Shown: positions 28,343-38,770, counted from the stretch's first letter. The stretch: DNA of 64,000 nucleotides from a virus (IMGVR_UViG_3300033068_001704:64001-128000); one strand, 5' to 3'. The notes: generated from the sequence alone by a model not told the origin. Translations and numbers: made by a program.

Positions 28343-29299
28343 ATGGCTGTAGCATTTCTACCGGGGACGACCCTCGGCCAGGGCGACCTGGACATCTTCC
28401 TGACGAATTCGGACGGGAACCCCTCGAACGCGTTCGAGATCACGTACGCGATCTACTACGTCGATCCGACCCCTCCGGAGACGGAGGTGCTCATCGGATC
28501 TCTGACCCGCATCCCGATCAATCCCAACGTCGGGGAATACTACGCATCGCTCCAGGTGCCGTCGAACGCGTCGCCGGGGACGTACCGAATCCGGTGGAGC
28601 TTCAAGCAGTTCGCCGGGTCCCCTGTCCAGCAGGTCGTACAGGAGTGGGCGGTGGTGGTTGCCGGGACGGTCACGGGTCCTGCGACCTACTCGACCGAAG
28701 CTCAGCAGATGATCGGCAAGCTGAGGATGCTTCTGCGCGATCAGAACCCGGACAAGTTCTACCACTTCCGACCGCCGGAGGCGGAGGGGAACATCGGGTC
28801 CTACAACCAGGTCTTCGGTCAGATCTGGGAAGATGCGGAGCTGTACGAGTACATCGAGCGCGGGCTCGACTGGTGGAACATGTTCCCCCCCGCGACCGAG
28901 TCCCTCAACACGATCGAGAGACTAGTGAGGGAGAAGCCGGCATGGAGGACGGCCATCCTCTGGTCGGCCATCACCCACGCGTGCTTCGCGCTCGCGATCA
29001 ACTGGGTCGCGGACGAGTTCGACTACAGCATCGGGGGGATCTCGCTCTCGATCGAGAAGTCGTCGAAGTACGAGTCCCTCAAGAGCAACGCGGAGTCTCA
29101 GTTCGACAAGGCGACCGAGGCGAAGGCCCGGACCGTGAAGTTCATCCGAGGCCTCCAGCAGCCGAAGTACGGCATCGGCATCCGCAGCGCCTTCGGTCCG
29201 AACGTGGGTCGGGGCGTCCTCTCGCCCCGGAATTTCTTGGCCTGGGGCTTTTTCTTCAGTGTTTTCGAGGTGTTGACCCAGGCATCGAGCATCGTCTGA
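28343..29299 (+). CDS. Probable head-tail connector/neck protein
   Basis: N-terminal Ig-like domain plus helical LRMLLRD...EFDYSIGGISLSIEKSSKY; GGAG SD. Confidence 0.6.
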   Translation: MAVAFLPGTTLGQGDLDIFLTNSDGNPSNAFEITYAIYYVDPTPPETEVLIGSLTRIPINPNVGEYYASLQVPSNASPGTYRIRWSFKQFAGSPVQQVVQEWAVVVAGTVTGPATYSTEAQQMIGKLRMLLRDQNPDKFYHFRPPEAEGNIGSYNQVFGQIWEDAELYEYIERGLDWWNMFPPATESLNTIERLVREKPAWRTAILWSAITHACFALAINWVADEFDYSIGGISLSIEKSSKYESLKSNAESQFDKATEAKARTVKFIRGLQQPKYGIGIRSAFGPNVGRGVLSPRNFLAWGFFFSVFEVLTQASSIV

Positions 29300-29407
29300 G
29301 AGATTCGGACCGGATATAGGAAGGGGTATCCTATCCCCAGGACCATGGTTCTCGGTTGGTCTTCGGGAAATCTAAGGTGCAGTGGGGGTGAGGGCGTAAT
29401 AGGCCTG

Positions 29408-29896
29408 GTGGAAGCACCTACCCCTGAAGATCTCCGCCGATTCGAACTCAACCTCATCGCCGTGAAGGACTGGGGTGAGGCCCCGGAAGAAGCCCGTCTC
29501 ATCGCCGAGCGGGAGTCCAAGCAGGGCGTGCCCACCGGCATCTCTCACGATGAGAAGTTCGGTTGGGTCGTCCTTCAATCCTCCGGGCAGGGCCCGTACC
29601 TGATCTGGTGGGCGGGGGATCCCACCCTGAGCGACCTTCCGACCAACCGCGCCACGAACATCGACATCTCACTCTTCGAGAGCCGAGACTATCCTGGGAT
29701 GTTCTGGGCCCGAGCGACGGGGCGGGGTGCCGATGGGGGGGTCGTCTCAGTGGATACCCGCCAGTTCCTGGACCGCCCCACGAGTGAGAGCAAGGCGGCT
29801 GGGGATGCCGTTTACCTCTTCTTGCTCGTGAGGGGAGGCGTCGATCCGCGTCAGAGGACGGCCCAGCTCAGGCAGGCACTGGGGCGCGAGGCGTAA
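29408..29896 (+). CDS. Hypothetical protein (leaderless GTG start)
   Basis: GCGTAAT at 29394 places GTG 29408 at 11 nt; in frame with the 29345 ORF. Confidence 0.55.
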   Translation: MEAPTPEDLRRFELNLIAVKDWGEAPEEARLIAERESKQGVPTGISHDEKFGWVVLQSSGQGPYLIWWAGDPTLSDLPTNRATNIDISLFESRDYPGMFWARATGRGADGGVVSVDTRQFLDRPTSESKAAGDAVYLFLLVRGGVDPRQRTAQLRQALGREA

Positions 29897-29903
29897 CACC
29901 CTG

Positions 29904-30929
29904 GTGTCCTCCGCAGCCAACTTCCAGAAGGCCTTCGACCAGTTCTCCGCGATCGTCGCCATGGAGAAGCAGGAGAGGTCCCGATCTCGGGAGAACCGGC
30001 TCTCCGCTCTGGAAGAGAAGAAGCTCCGGCGTGCCCTCTACGTCACCTTCACCTCGCTGATCGCGACGGGGAGGAAGTTGGCGACGTGGGGGGTCGATAC
30101 GCGTGACATCCCTCGCGGGGAAGAGAAGTTCTTCGAGATCGCGGCCAGGACGTTCCTCACGATCCGAAAGATGCCTACGGATCCACTCGTGTGGTTCGAG
30201 CGTCATCGTGGGTGGGCGGAGTACCTCCTCAAGGTGGCGGGTTGGCCGGAGAGAGTCATCGGGACCTCGCAGGTCGAGGCCGTGGGTCCGCTCCGGGTCC
30301 ACAACACGATCGGGGCTGACGCTCAGAGGTTCTCTGAGATCCTTGCTCTCGTTGGAGAGGCGAATCGCGTTCTCTCGGAGACCCTCGACTTCTCCAAGAC
30401 GTTGTACGGGGACGTCTACTTCGTGGGCCAGCTCCAGAAGGCTTCAGCGGTTGCCTGGTACTCCCTGAAGGAGGACAAGGTCTACGTCCGGCCCTTGGAG
30501 AGGAAGGGTCTCGATGACCTGGAGAGTCTTCTCCATGAGCTGGGGCACCGGTACTGGTACCGCGTCATGGACAAGACGCGACGTGAGGCGATCTCTCAGA
30601 TCTGGTTCGACCTAAGGAGCGGGTCGAAGGTCGTGGTCCCTCCGATCCGAGTCGGAGACCCGTTCCCGATCCCAGTACAAGGGCATCGGGTTCGACCTCA
30701 TGTCGTTGGAGTCGATGCGATGAACTACCGGCTGTCCACCGGTGGCCTGGTCTCACGTCGGTCTGCTGACGAGGTGGTGAAGCGGAACCTGGTGAGAGGA
30801 AGGTTCCCCTCCCTCTACTCGATGAAGGACATCACGGAGTTCTTCGCGGAGTGCTTCGCGTTCTTCGTCCTCAACCGGAAGCTGTCCCCCGAGCTGTCCG
30901 GGAGGTTTCGTTCTGCGTTGAAGGCGTAA
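29904..30929 (+). CDS. Zincin (lethal-factor-like) metallopeptidase, untagged paralogue
   Basis: LLHELGHRYW plus PSLYSMKDITEFFAECF. Confidence 0.75.
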   Translation: MSSAANFQKAFDQFSAIVAMEKQERSRSRENRLSALEEKKLRRALYVTFTSLIATGRKLATWGVDTRDIPRGEEKFFEIAARTFLTIRKMPTDPLVWFERHRGWAEYLLKVAGWPERVIGTSQVEAVGPLRVHNTIGADAQRFSEILALVGEANRVLSETLDFSKTLYGDVYFVGQLQKASAVAWYSLKEDKVYVRPLERKGLDDLESLLHELGHRYWYRVMDKTRREAISQIWFDLRSGSKVVVPPIRVGDPFPIPVQGHRVRPHVVGVDAMNYRLSTGGLVSRRSADEVVKRNLVRGRFPSLYSMKDITEFFAECFAFFVLNRKLSPELSGRFRSALKA

Positions 30930-30936
30930 GGGGCGA

Positions 30937-31302
30937 ATGAACATACGCAAGGACTGGTTCTTCGAGGAAGAGGATCAGGCCCCTCCCCCGGTAGCGACCC
31001 GCAGGAACCTTCACACGGAAGGTGTGAAGCGGGATGCGGCCCTCGACCTACTCAAGGCGGCCAGGGCCGAGCTTATCTCCGCTGCGACCAAGATCGCTCA
31101 CCTGATCTGCGCGACGACGGGACGCGTGACTTCGGTGGAGGTCCTGGCTGAGATGGAGAAGGACCCCCGTTACGCCCAGCGCCTCAAGGAGGTCGATCCT
31201 CGTTGGATCGGGGCGGTCTTCAGGTCTGGGTGGACTCAGGTCGGGCAGGAGGCGAAGGGGTCCCATAAGCGCAAGGTCGCGATCTGGACGGTAGAGAAGT
31301 GA
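30937..31302 (+). CDS. Hypothetical protein (possible winged HTH)
   Basis: DPRWIGAVF motif; leaderless motif upstream. Confidence 0.6.
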   Translation: MNIRKDWFFEEEDQAPPPVATRRNLHTEGVKRDAALDLLKAARAELISAATKIAHLICATTGRVTSVEVLAEMEKDPRYAQRLKEVDPRWIGAVFRSGWTQVGQEAKGSHKRKVAIWTVEK

Positions 31303-31961
31303 CCAAGAGGCAGAGTCATAGCGTAGGTGGTCTCACCTTCGCGACGAAGAAGGCTCTTCTGGCTCACATCCAGTCGATTCTGTACACGTACAATACGACG
31401 GATGCTGTCAGCCAAGAGCACCAGGAGTTCCTCGTCGATCTTCTTGGTAGACACCCCAATGTGGGCGAGAAGATCGGGGTGGGGGTCCGGTCGATGCACG
31501 TTCGATCTGATGGTCATGGCGGGCAGTGTTTCGAGCTGGTTAGACACGACGGTTCGAGCACTGACTGGTCTTTCATGGTCTGTCTTCGACCCCCGCCTCT
31601 TGGGGCCGATTTCTACGCTGCTTGCCGTTGTGCGGTCAGAGATCAGGTCGAGGCATACAAGGCATCCAGGTTTGGGCGTTTCGCTACGGCGATCTGCGAC
31701 ATCTCCGGTGAAGAAGTTCTGAGAGAGTCGAGTCACGTGGACCATGTCCCTCCTCTCACGTTTCGAAAACTCGCGGACGATTTCTCCGTAGTTCACGGGA
31801 TCGATCCCGCAACGGAGCCGGTTCTCGGAATGGGTGATGGGGATACCCAGAAGTACCTGGCCAACGAGCGCACACGTTCACTCTGGAGTGCGTACCACAG
31901 GACGAACGCTCGACTTCGATTGCTGGATGCACACGTCCATCGCACTCAACCTCGGGCGTAG
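31299..31961 (+). CDS. DUF3223 (DCL-like) domain with HNH-like C-terminus
   Basis: LLGRHP...KIGVGV...CFELVRHDGSSTDWSF..C; HVDHVPP.TF; YH...ARLRLL. Confidence 0.65.
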   Translation: MTKRQSHSVGGLTFATKKALLAHIQSILYTYNTTDAVSQEHQEFLVDLLGRHPNVGEKIGVGVRSMHVRSDGHGGQCFELVRHDGSSTDWSFMVCLRPPPLGADFYAACRCAVRDQVEAYKASRFGRFATAICDISGEEVLRESSHVDHVPPLTFRKLADDFSVVHGIDPATEPVLGMGDGDTQKYLANERTRSLWSAYHRTNARLRLLDAHVHRTQPRA

Positions 31962-31969
31962 TGTAACAA

Positions 31970-32329
31970 GTGAGTCTCCTGCCTGACCTTCTCGAAGCGC
32001 TGAGGTCCGTTCGGTTCCGGTACTCGTCGGAGGACGACCTTCAGCTCGGGATCGACGGACTCCTGAAAGAACGTGGGTTCGTGTTCCAGAGGGAAGTCCG
32101 CCTGAACCCCCGCTGCCGGATCGACTTCCTCGTTGATCCGGGGATCGGCATCGAGGTGAAGATCGACGGTAGCGTCGATGAACTCGGCCGGCAGGTCCTC
32201 CGGTACCTTGCCCACGAGCAGGTGAAGGAGATCGTCGTCGTCTCGACCCGAGCTTCTCACCGGGATCTCCCCTCCGAGATGGAGGGGAAGAGGATTTCCG
32301 TGGTGTACCTGTTCTCCAGCGCCTTCTGA
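31970..32329 (+). CDS. PD-(D/E)XK nuclease-like protein
   Basis: REV.L....RIDFLV...IGIEVK...RQV.RY. Confidence 0.7.
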   Translation: MSLLPDLLEALRSVRFRYSSEDDLQLGIDGLLKERGFVFQREVRLNPRCRIDFLVDPGIGIEVKIDGSVDELGRQVLRYLAHEQVKEIVVVSTRASHRDLPSEMEGKRISVVYLFSSAF

Positions 32330-32331
32330 CC

Positions 32332-32565
32332 ATGTATCGAGTGAATGCCAAGGGAGGCTCTGTGCGAGTCGAGAAGATCCTCAGCCGCGAGGAAGTCTGC
32401 GAGATCGTGAAGGCTCACCTCACCAAGACCGGGCAAATCCCTGAGGACGCTGGGGTTGAGATCAACGAGGTCGGCAACGGAACCCGGAACGAGTGGGTGT
32501 CGCCGAAGTCCCGGAGCTTGTTCCCGACCGTCCGGATGTCGTGGGATGAGCCTGTAGGGAAGTGA
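32332..32565 (+). CDS. Hypothetical protein
   Basis: Fills the gap; overlaps the helicase start. Confidence 0.5.
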   Translation: MYRVNAKGGSVRVEKILSREEVCEIVKAHLTKTGQIPEDAGVEINEVGNGTRNEWVSPKSRSLFPTVRMSWDEPVGK

Positions 32566-34283
32566 TGCGTACCTACGGCTCCATCGAACTCAAGGACGGG
32601 CACTGGCAAATCGAGGCTGAGCCTCACGTCATGATCCGCCTGAAGAGGCTCTTCCCTCGCGTGAGCACGCAGATGGGGGTCCTCTCGATCCGAGACACAG
32701 ATGAGGTCTCGAAGGACCTCGCCTGGATCTTGGAGCGGTACCCGCTGGAGGTCGTCGGGGAACACCTGACCCACATGCGAGGGCGTGCGAGCACGTTCGA
32801 CGAGCGTTCGGAGGCCTTCGCTTCGGTTCTCTCAGGGAAGCTCGATGCCCGTCCCTTCGATCTCGCCGTTCCTGCCCGGGACTACCAGAGGGTCGCAGCA
32901 GATCTCGCCCTTCGGATGAAGGGGCTGCTCATCGCCGACGACCTCGGCATCGGGAAGACCTGCGCGGCGATCTGCGCTCTCACGGACCCGTCTACGCGTC
33001 CGACCGTCGTCGTGACCCTCACGCACCTCACGGATCAGTGGGCGCGGGAGATTCAGAAGTTCGCGCCAAACCTCACCACCCACATCATCAAGAAGGGGAC
33101 GCCCTACGACCTTTTGGCGGCGATGAAGAAGAGCACGGGAGAGGCCCGCTTCCCCGATGTCGTCATCATCAACTACCACAAGCTCGCAGGCTGGGCCGAG
33201 ACGTTCTCTGGCGTCATGAAGATGGTCGTCTTCGACGAGATCCAGGAGCTTCGTCACGATGGCAGCGCCAAGTACAACGCAGCCATGCACATCCGTGCAG
33301 GGGCTGTGTACTGCGTCGGCCTGAGCGCGACCCCCATCTACAACTACGGGAGCGAATTCTACCACGTTCTCAACGTCATCCGACCGGATGCGCTTGGGAC
33401 GAAGATGGAGTTCATTCGCGAATGGTGTAAGGGAAACCTGGATCAGTCAGGGCGGGGGAAGATCTCTGATCCGAAGGCCTTCGGGGCTTTCGTGAGGGAT
33501 TCCGGGATCATGATCCGACGTACCCGCTCGGACGTGGGCAGGGAGCTTCCGGCGCTGACGAAGGTCCCCCATCACGTCGATGCAGATCTCAGGGAGCTGG
33601 ACAAGGCCCGAGACTCCGTGACCGAGCTGGCGAAGCTCATCCTTGCGCGGCAGGGGACGACTCTCGACCGGATGAAGGCCGGGGGCGAGATCGACTACAA
33701 GATGCGCCAGGCGACGGGCATCGCCAAGGCGCCGTTCGTCGCAGAGTTCGTGCGGATGCTCGTGGATTCGGGCGAGAAGATCGTCCTCTACGGATGGCAC
33801 CATGCCGTCTACGACATCTGGAAGAAGCGCTTCAAGGGCCACGTGAAGTGCGTCCTCTACACCGGGGAGGAGACCCCGGCCCAGAAGGAGAAGGCTCGCC
33901 TCGATTTCATCGAGGGGGATGCCCAGGTCCTCATCATGAGCCTGCGTGCTGGTGCCGGCCTCGATGGGATCCAGCACGCCTGTCGGACCGTCGTGTTCGG
34001 TGAGCTGGACTGGTCTCCCGGCGTCCACGAGCAGTGCATCGGACGCGCCTACCGTGATGGGCAGCCCGACCCGGTCATCGCGTACTTCCTCGTGTCGGAT
34101 GAGGGGTCGGACCCGGTCATCGCGGATGTGCTCGGCCTCAAGAAGGCGCAGATCGAGGGCGTCAGAGATCCGAACGCGGCCCTGACGGAGATCGTGGAGG
34201 CGTCTCATGACGGGATCCGTCGGCTCGCTGAGTCGGTTCTGAGGTCGAAGGGGATCGACCCCAGGCAGTACGAGGCGGCGTAA
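32565..34283 (+). CDS. SNF2-family helicase/ATPase
   Basis: ADDLGIGKT (I), DEIQ (II), LSATP (III), GAGLDG (V), QCIGRAYRDGQ (VI). Confidence 0.9.
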   Translation: MRTYGSIELKDGHWQIEAEPHVMIRLKRLFPRVSTQMGVLSIRDTDEVSKDLAWILERYPLEVVGEHLTHMRGRASTFDERSEAFASVLSGKLDARPFDLAVPARDYQRVAADLALRMKGLLIADDLGIGKTCAAICALTDPSTRPTVVVTLTHLTDQWAREIQKFAPNLTTHIIKKGTPYDLLAAMKKSTGEARFPDVVIINYHKLAGWAETFSGVMKMVVFDEIQELRHDGSAKYNAAMHIRAGAVYCVGLSATPIYNYGSEFYHVLNVIRPDALGTKMEFIREWCKGNLDQSGRGKISDPKAFGAFVRDSGIMIRRTRSDVGRELPALTKVPHHVDADLRELDKARDSVTELAKLILARQGTTLDRMKAGGEIDYKMRQATGIAKAPFVAEFVRMLVDSGEKIVLYGWHHAVYDIWKKRFKGHVKCVLYTGEETPAQKEKARLDFIEGDAQVLIMSLRAGAGLDGIQHACRTVVFGELDWSPGVHEQCIGRAYRDGQPDPVIAYFLVSDEGSDPVIADVLGLKKAQIEGVRDPNAALTEIVEASHDGIRRLAESVLRSKGIDPRQYEAA

Positions 34284-34291
34284 GGGTTCCC

Positions 34292-34516
34292 ATGGAAACG
34301 TTGGAGACGCTGACCCCCAAGAAGATCTCCGAGCTGATCTCGGAGCACCTCAACCCGGTTGAGCGCGAGGAAGTCCAACGGGCTGCCCTCTCGAATCCCG
34401 ACCAGTTCTCCCTGATGCTCTCGGTGAGCACGCAGAGGCACTACGAGAACGGCAGGGCAGTCGCGATGGACATGCTTCGGGTGGCCCGCGACGTGATCCG
34501 CAGCGGCAAGGCGTAA
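34292..34516 (+). CDS. Small hypothetical protein
   Basis: Flanked by GCGTAA motifs. Confidence 0.6.
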   Translation: METLETLTPKKISELISEHLNPVEREEVQRAALSNPDQFSLMLSVSTQRHYENGRAVAMDMLRVARDVIRSGKA

Positions 34517-34521
34517 CACCC

Positions 34522-34674
34522 ATGTACACCCACTTCATGACGTACCTCTTCCGAATCTCCCCCAGGCTTCACGCTTGGGCAGTGCGGAGAGAGCACCGGC
34601 GCCTCAACCGTATCCTCTCGGAGCTTCTGGAGCTGCGGGGGATCACCAAGAACGACCAAGGACCGTCCGCATGA
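34522..34674 (+). CDS. Small hypothetical protein (50 aa, not in ORF track)
   Basis: ATG after GCGTAAC; TGA overlaps the next ATG. Confidence 0.45.
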   Translation: MYTHFMTYLFRISPRLHAWAVRREHRRLNRILSELLELRGITKNDQGPSA

Positions 34675-34970
34675 CCACCCAGAAGCCCAAGAGGATCCCG
34701 ATCAAGGCAGCGAAGGAAGTTGCCGAGAAGCTCGGACTACGGCAGGTCATCCTGGTCGCTTGGGACGGGGAGGCGACCCACGTCATCACGTACGGGGAGA
34801 CGGAAGAGGATTGCGCTCAGGCGGCGATCGGGGGGAACAAGATCAAGAGGGCGATCGGGTTCCCCGAAGAGATGACGCACGAGAAGCCCGCTCGGGTTCG
34901 TCGCCGGGAGCGGCGTCGGAAGAACCCTGACGCTGAGGTGGCCGTTGACCTCGGGGAGGTCGTCTCGTGA
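34671..34970 (+). CDS. Hypothetical protein
   Basis: MTTQKPKRIPIKAAK...; coupled starts and stops. Confidence 0.6.
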   Translation: MTTQKPKRIPIKAAKEVAEKLGLRQVILVAWDGEATHVITYGETEEDCAQAAIGGNKIKRAIGFPEEMTHEKPARVRRRERRRKNPDAEVAVDLGEVVS

Positions 34971-35209
34971 TGGCCCCCGTGGACGAGTACGACCCGGATA
35001 CGTGCGTCACAGCGGGGGAACTTCGTGCGCGGGGGATCCCCATCCCCGACACGATCCCCGACGTTGGCTGGATCCCTCGACATGGCCTCCATCTGGGCGA
35101 GTCGGAGGTGACGGTGGACGAGGGGGAGGTCGCGCACATCAACGTCTCGTTGACGTTCCCCTACCCGTTCCGCTGGATCAACATGACGTTCGACCTCGGC
35201 GGGGAGTAG
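34967..35209 (+). CDS. Hypothetical protein
   Basis: GTGA overlap. Confidence 0.55.
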   Translation: MMAPVDEYDPDTCVTAGELRARGIPIPDTIPDVGWIPRHGLHLGESEVTVDEGEVAHINVSLTFPYPFRWINMTFDLGGE

Positions 35210-35213
35210 GTAC

Positions 35214-35618
35214 GTGGCCTACCGCGAACCGGATCGAATCCCCGATCCCCCTCCCCCCGCCGAAGTGCGACCCCTGCATCTTCTGTGCGGGTGCCAGCTC
35301 CCGTACCCTCTGTGGTGGTTCTTCCGGGGGCGGTTCAAGTTGCGGACCGAGGCTTGGCGTTTCATCGGGAAGCCGACAGGGGCTGGGGAGACCTGGTTCG
35401 CTCACACGGTCTACTTGCGGTGCAAGAGGTGCCGACGTGTGTGGTGTCGGGAGAAGATCGGTCAGCTCAAGCTTCGACGTGTCTCTGAGGAAGAGGCCGC
35501 GAGGGTGAACCTTCTCGACAGCGAAGGTTGGCGCAAGCACAACGAAGCGAATCGCACCAATATCGAAGACGACTTCAAGCCCTTCGTGGGGGATGATGAA
35601 CCGCCTGCGTCCGATTGA
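35214..35618 (+). CDS. Cys-rich hypothetical protein
   Basis: CGC and CKRC motifs. Confidence 0.5.
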   Translation: MAYREPDRIPDPPPPAEVRPLHLLCGCQLPYPLWWFFRGRFKLRTEAWRFIGKPTGAGETWFAHTVYLRCKRCRRVWCREKIGQLKLRRVSEEEAARVNLLDSEGWRKHNEANRTNIEDDFKPFVGDDEPPASD

Positions 35619-35853
35619 GATGTCCGGTCTCGCCTTGCTGGCGTACAGCGAGGGTCTGCGAATCGACGTCCGGGAGGGCATCCTCTCCTCTCTGGAGGGG
35701 GACGCGAGGAAGATCGGGACCGCGATCGTTCATGGGGACGGTCCTGGCATCAGCCAGACTCATCTCGCCGCTGCGGCCCAGTTGAAGGACTGGGCGAAGC
35801 GCCTGAAGGATCGGCGTGAGGCCAGAATCCGAAGGTCCTCATTATCCGGGTGA
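35593..35853 (+). CDS. Hypothetical protein
   Basis: ORF filling the gap. Confidence 0.45.
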   Translation: MMNRLRPIEMSGLALLAYSEGLRIDVREGILSSLEGDARKIGTAIVHGDGPGISQTHLAAAAQLKDWAKRLKDRREARIRRSSLSG

Positions 35854-35868
35854 TTGGGGCAAGGGTTC

Positions 35869-37041
35869 ATGACCGACCGCGACCTACGATCCAAGCTGAT
35901 CCGCCTCGCACACAAGAAGCCCGAGTTCCGTGGGGTTCTCCTCCCCATCCTTGATTCTCGGGTGGCCTCGAAGGACCTGAAGTCTCTCGTGGTGAAGATG
36001 GTGGCGAGTGCTGGGAAGAAGCTGAAGGCGTTCGCGGCTACAGTGCCGGTCGAGGCGTACCGAGAGGTCGGTGTCGTCAAGGCCACGGTGGAGTCCCCCC
36101 CTCCCCGAGGGGGCTACGGACCCTTCGAGAAGGGTGAGATCACGATCGGCAAGTATCTGATCAGCGTGACCGGAGACCACTCCAACGGCACTGTTACCAT
36201 TGGGGTTCGGGCTGGGGGCAGCTACGTCATGGAGAGCCTGTACTCCAAGGGTCCGGCAGCCGATGCCCCTGCCCGCCTCAAGAAAGTCCTGAGCACCATC
36301 GAGGGCCTCGTGTCTGCGAATGTGGGGAGGGTGATGGAGAAGGTCCCTCAGGCGACCTCGAACCCCATCGATTCCGTCGAAGACAAGCTGAAGTCGATGC
36401 GCCTTGGACCGGGTGGCCGGGTCCGCTCGGTCGAGCGGGACTCCCCCACTGAGTGGACCGTGGAGCCTACGAACCGGTTGCGCCTCGACCACTACAGTGG
36501 GGACGATGAGGACGGGTGGAACGAAGACGGGTGGCGAGAGGACTACGCAGACCCCGTCGAGATCGCTGCGCAAGGATGGCTGGAACAGGAATTCGGAGCG
36601 GGCCTGTTCGAGGTGACCGAAGTGGGGGAAAAGGGCCACGTCCACATCTCCCTCACCCCCAAGGGCAAGCAGACGCTCAAGGGGGCATCCCCGAAGGCAG
36701 CAGGGTTCGACGCGTCGGACTTCGACTGGCTGGGGGACCCTGAGGGGGAAGGGCCTCCCCCTAACGCCCAAGAGCGGGTCTATGCGTCACTTCGGCGCGG
36801 GGACCTCGTTCGGATCGACGGCAAGGGTCCCACGTTCCGGGTGACGCAATCCCAGGATGACCACGTCAAGATCCTCGCGAAGCACGACACGACCGGTCGC
36901 AACTACTACATCTCGAAGATCGTCAGCCGAGATCCGCTCCAGGTCGCAATCTACCAGGGTCAGGGGGGTGGGATGGGCCACAAGCCGAACCCTGTCGCCC
37001 GGCCTGGTGTCCCGAAGCTCGTCGGTCACGTGGACGAGTAG
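35869..37041 (+). CDS. Multidomain protein with N-terminal shared peptide tag
   Basis: LRSKLIRLAHKKPEFRGVLLPILD followed by RVAS. Confidence 0.75.
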   Translation: MTDRDLRSKLIRLAHKKPEFRGVLLPILDSRVASKDLKSLVVKMVASAGKKLKAFAATVPVEAYREVGVVKATVESPPPRGGYGPFEKGEITIGKYLISVTGDHSNGTVTIGVRAGGSYVMESLYSKGPAADAPARLKKVLSTIEGLVSANVGRVMEKVPQATSNPIDSVEDKLKSMRLGPGGRVRSVERDSPTEWTVEPTNRLRLDHYSGDDEDGWNEDGWREDYADPVEIAAQGWLEQEFGAGLFEVTEVGEKGHVHISLTPKGKQTLKGASPKAAGFDASDFDWLGDPEGEGPPPNAQERVYASLRRGDLVRIDGKGPTFRVTQSQDDHVKILAKHDTTGRNYYISKIVSRDPLQVAIYQGQGGGMGHKPNPVARPGVPKLVGHVDE

Positions 37042-37084
37042 TTCGGTCTTCAGCCCCTTGGACCTCTATAAAACGTGAGGTGCT

Positions 37085-38770
37085 ATGGGACTCTGGGACG
37101 ACGCGGTCGTGGACATCGGGAAGTTCAACGCGCTCTATGCGCAGGTTGAACGGAAGCCCCACGACCAGGCGACCCTGAAGAAGGCCGTTTCGGGGTCCCT
37201 CAAGCTTCTGAGGGTGGCTGTTTGGGCGAGCAAGTGTCTCTCTCCGGAAGCCTATGCCCCTTACTCGGAGGCGAGACGGGGGGTTTCCCGTATCTCCAAG
37301 GATGCTGCCGCATCGGGGGAAGACCTCCGCTCCGCGCTGGACCGGCTCAAGGATGTCACGCAGCGTGTGATCGACAGCGCGGCCCCGGAGGACTTCACCT
37401 ACTCAGGGTTCCACATCTCGAACCCGGACCGGTTCTCTGACGAGCTGTGTCGGAAGACGCTGGAGGGGGTGGACTTCCTCGTCGGCCTCTTCAAGAAGCG
37501 GGGGATCTCGAATCTCCTCAAGCAGGCGGTCTCCAAGGTCAACCTCCTTCTCGACAGTGATGGGGCGTCGGCTTTCTTCCACTCCGGCAAGCGGGAGCTG
37601 ACGCTCAACGTCCCCGAGCTGTCGAAGGGGGCTCCTGGGAGGTTCATCGACACGTTCGTGGGGGAGACCGTCCTGCACGAGTTCGGTCACTACATCCACC
37701 GCAACTACATCAGGGGCGAGGCTGCGGATGTTTGGGACGACCCGTGGGAAGGCCTGTCCCAGGGCGACCCGAGGCTGGACGCCCTGGACATCGTCACAGA
37801 CTACGGCAAGAGCGACAAGTACGAGGACTTCGCCGAGACCTTCATGCTCTTCATGGCAGCTCCTGGGAAGCTGACCCCGACGGCGAAGTTCCGGATGCAG
37901 AGGGCTCTGTCGGTCTCCGGGCTCTACGGGAAGCCGGTCATCCGTCTCGCTGAACGAACGGCGGCTCGTCCGATCTACGTGGACAAGCAGGGGTTGAAGA
38001 CGTTCGTCCAGCAACAGTTGGTCCCTGACATTGAGAAATGGCTTCGGCGCCGTCCCAATCAGGCGGATCCGATTGGCTCGGTGAGGGGCATCGCCAAGGG
38101 TCGGGTTGAGGTCCTGGAAGCGGACGGCCGTCAGTCCCATTCTGTGGGGGTCATCGTCAACGCGAGACCGTCGAACGCGAAGGGCGTGGCTGTTCTTGGT
38201 GGAAGCGCTGGGAAAGAACAGATCGACATCTACATGAACGGGGCCCTCAGCCCCTCAGACTTCTTGGTTCCGACCCCTCAGACAGATCGCATGGCCCCAC
38301 TCTGGGAGTGCACCTACGAGACGTGCCTTCCGTACGGGCTGTACTCAATTCTCATCCACGAAGTCACCCATGCCGCCGATGTCTTCGTGAAGGGGCTCAA
38401 GTACAGCCCTTCTGATGTCCTCGAACGGGGAGAGGCAGCATGGGGCCCTTACGTCAACGATCCTAGCGAGGTCCGCGCTTTCATGCAGGAGATCGTGGAC
38501 CAGACGGAACGCATGGCGAGAAAGCTCCGTCCACATGCGAAGACGAATCGCCGTCTGGTGGACATGATCTTGAAGACCAGCACGACTTGGGGTCTGATCG
38601 AGAAGCACCTCAATCCCCGCAACAAGACCCGCATCCTCAAGGCTGTCTACGACAATCTCGATCGTGAGGGTCTTCTCCTTGAGGAACCCTCCCAGTCTCG
38701 TGTGGCAAGCGGGATCTTCGTGGCGTCTCGTTTTCTGGTGGGGGATGGGGGCAAGGTCGAAGTCGTCTGA
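37085..38770 (+). CDS. Double zincin-domain protein with RTAA/RVAS motifs
   Basis: HEFGH...YGKSDKYEDFAETF; linker RLAERTAA; HEVTH...YVNDPSEVRAF; C-terminal SRVAS..VASRFL. Confidence 0.75.
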   Translation: MGLWDDAVVDIGKFNALYAQVERKPHDQATLKKAVSGSLKLLRVAVWASKCLSPEAYAPYSEARRGVSRISKDAAASGEDLRSALDRLKDVTQRVIDSAAPEDFTYSGFHISNPDRFSDELCRKTLEGVDFLVGLFKKRGISNLLKQAVSKVNLLLDSDGASAFFHSGKRELTLNVPELSKGAPGRFIDTFVGETVLHEFGHYIHRNYIRGEAADVWDDPWEGLSQGDPRLDALDIVTDYGKSDKYEDFAETFMLFMAAPGKLTPTAKFRMQRALSVSGLYGKPVIRLAERTAARPIYVDKQGLKTFVQQQLVPDIEKWLRRRPNQADPIGSVRGIAKGRVEVLEADGRQSHSVGVIVNARPSNAKGVAVLGGSAGKEQIDIYMNGALSPSDFLVPTPQTDRMAPLWECTYETCLPYGLYSILIHEVTHAADVFVKGLKYSPSDVLERGEAAWGPYVNDPSEVRAFMQEIVDQTERMARKLRPHAKTNRRLVDMILKTSTTWGLIEKHLNPRNKTRILKAVYDNLDREGLLLEEPSQSRVASGIFVASRFLVGDGGKVEVV

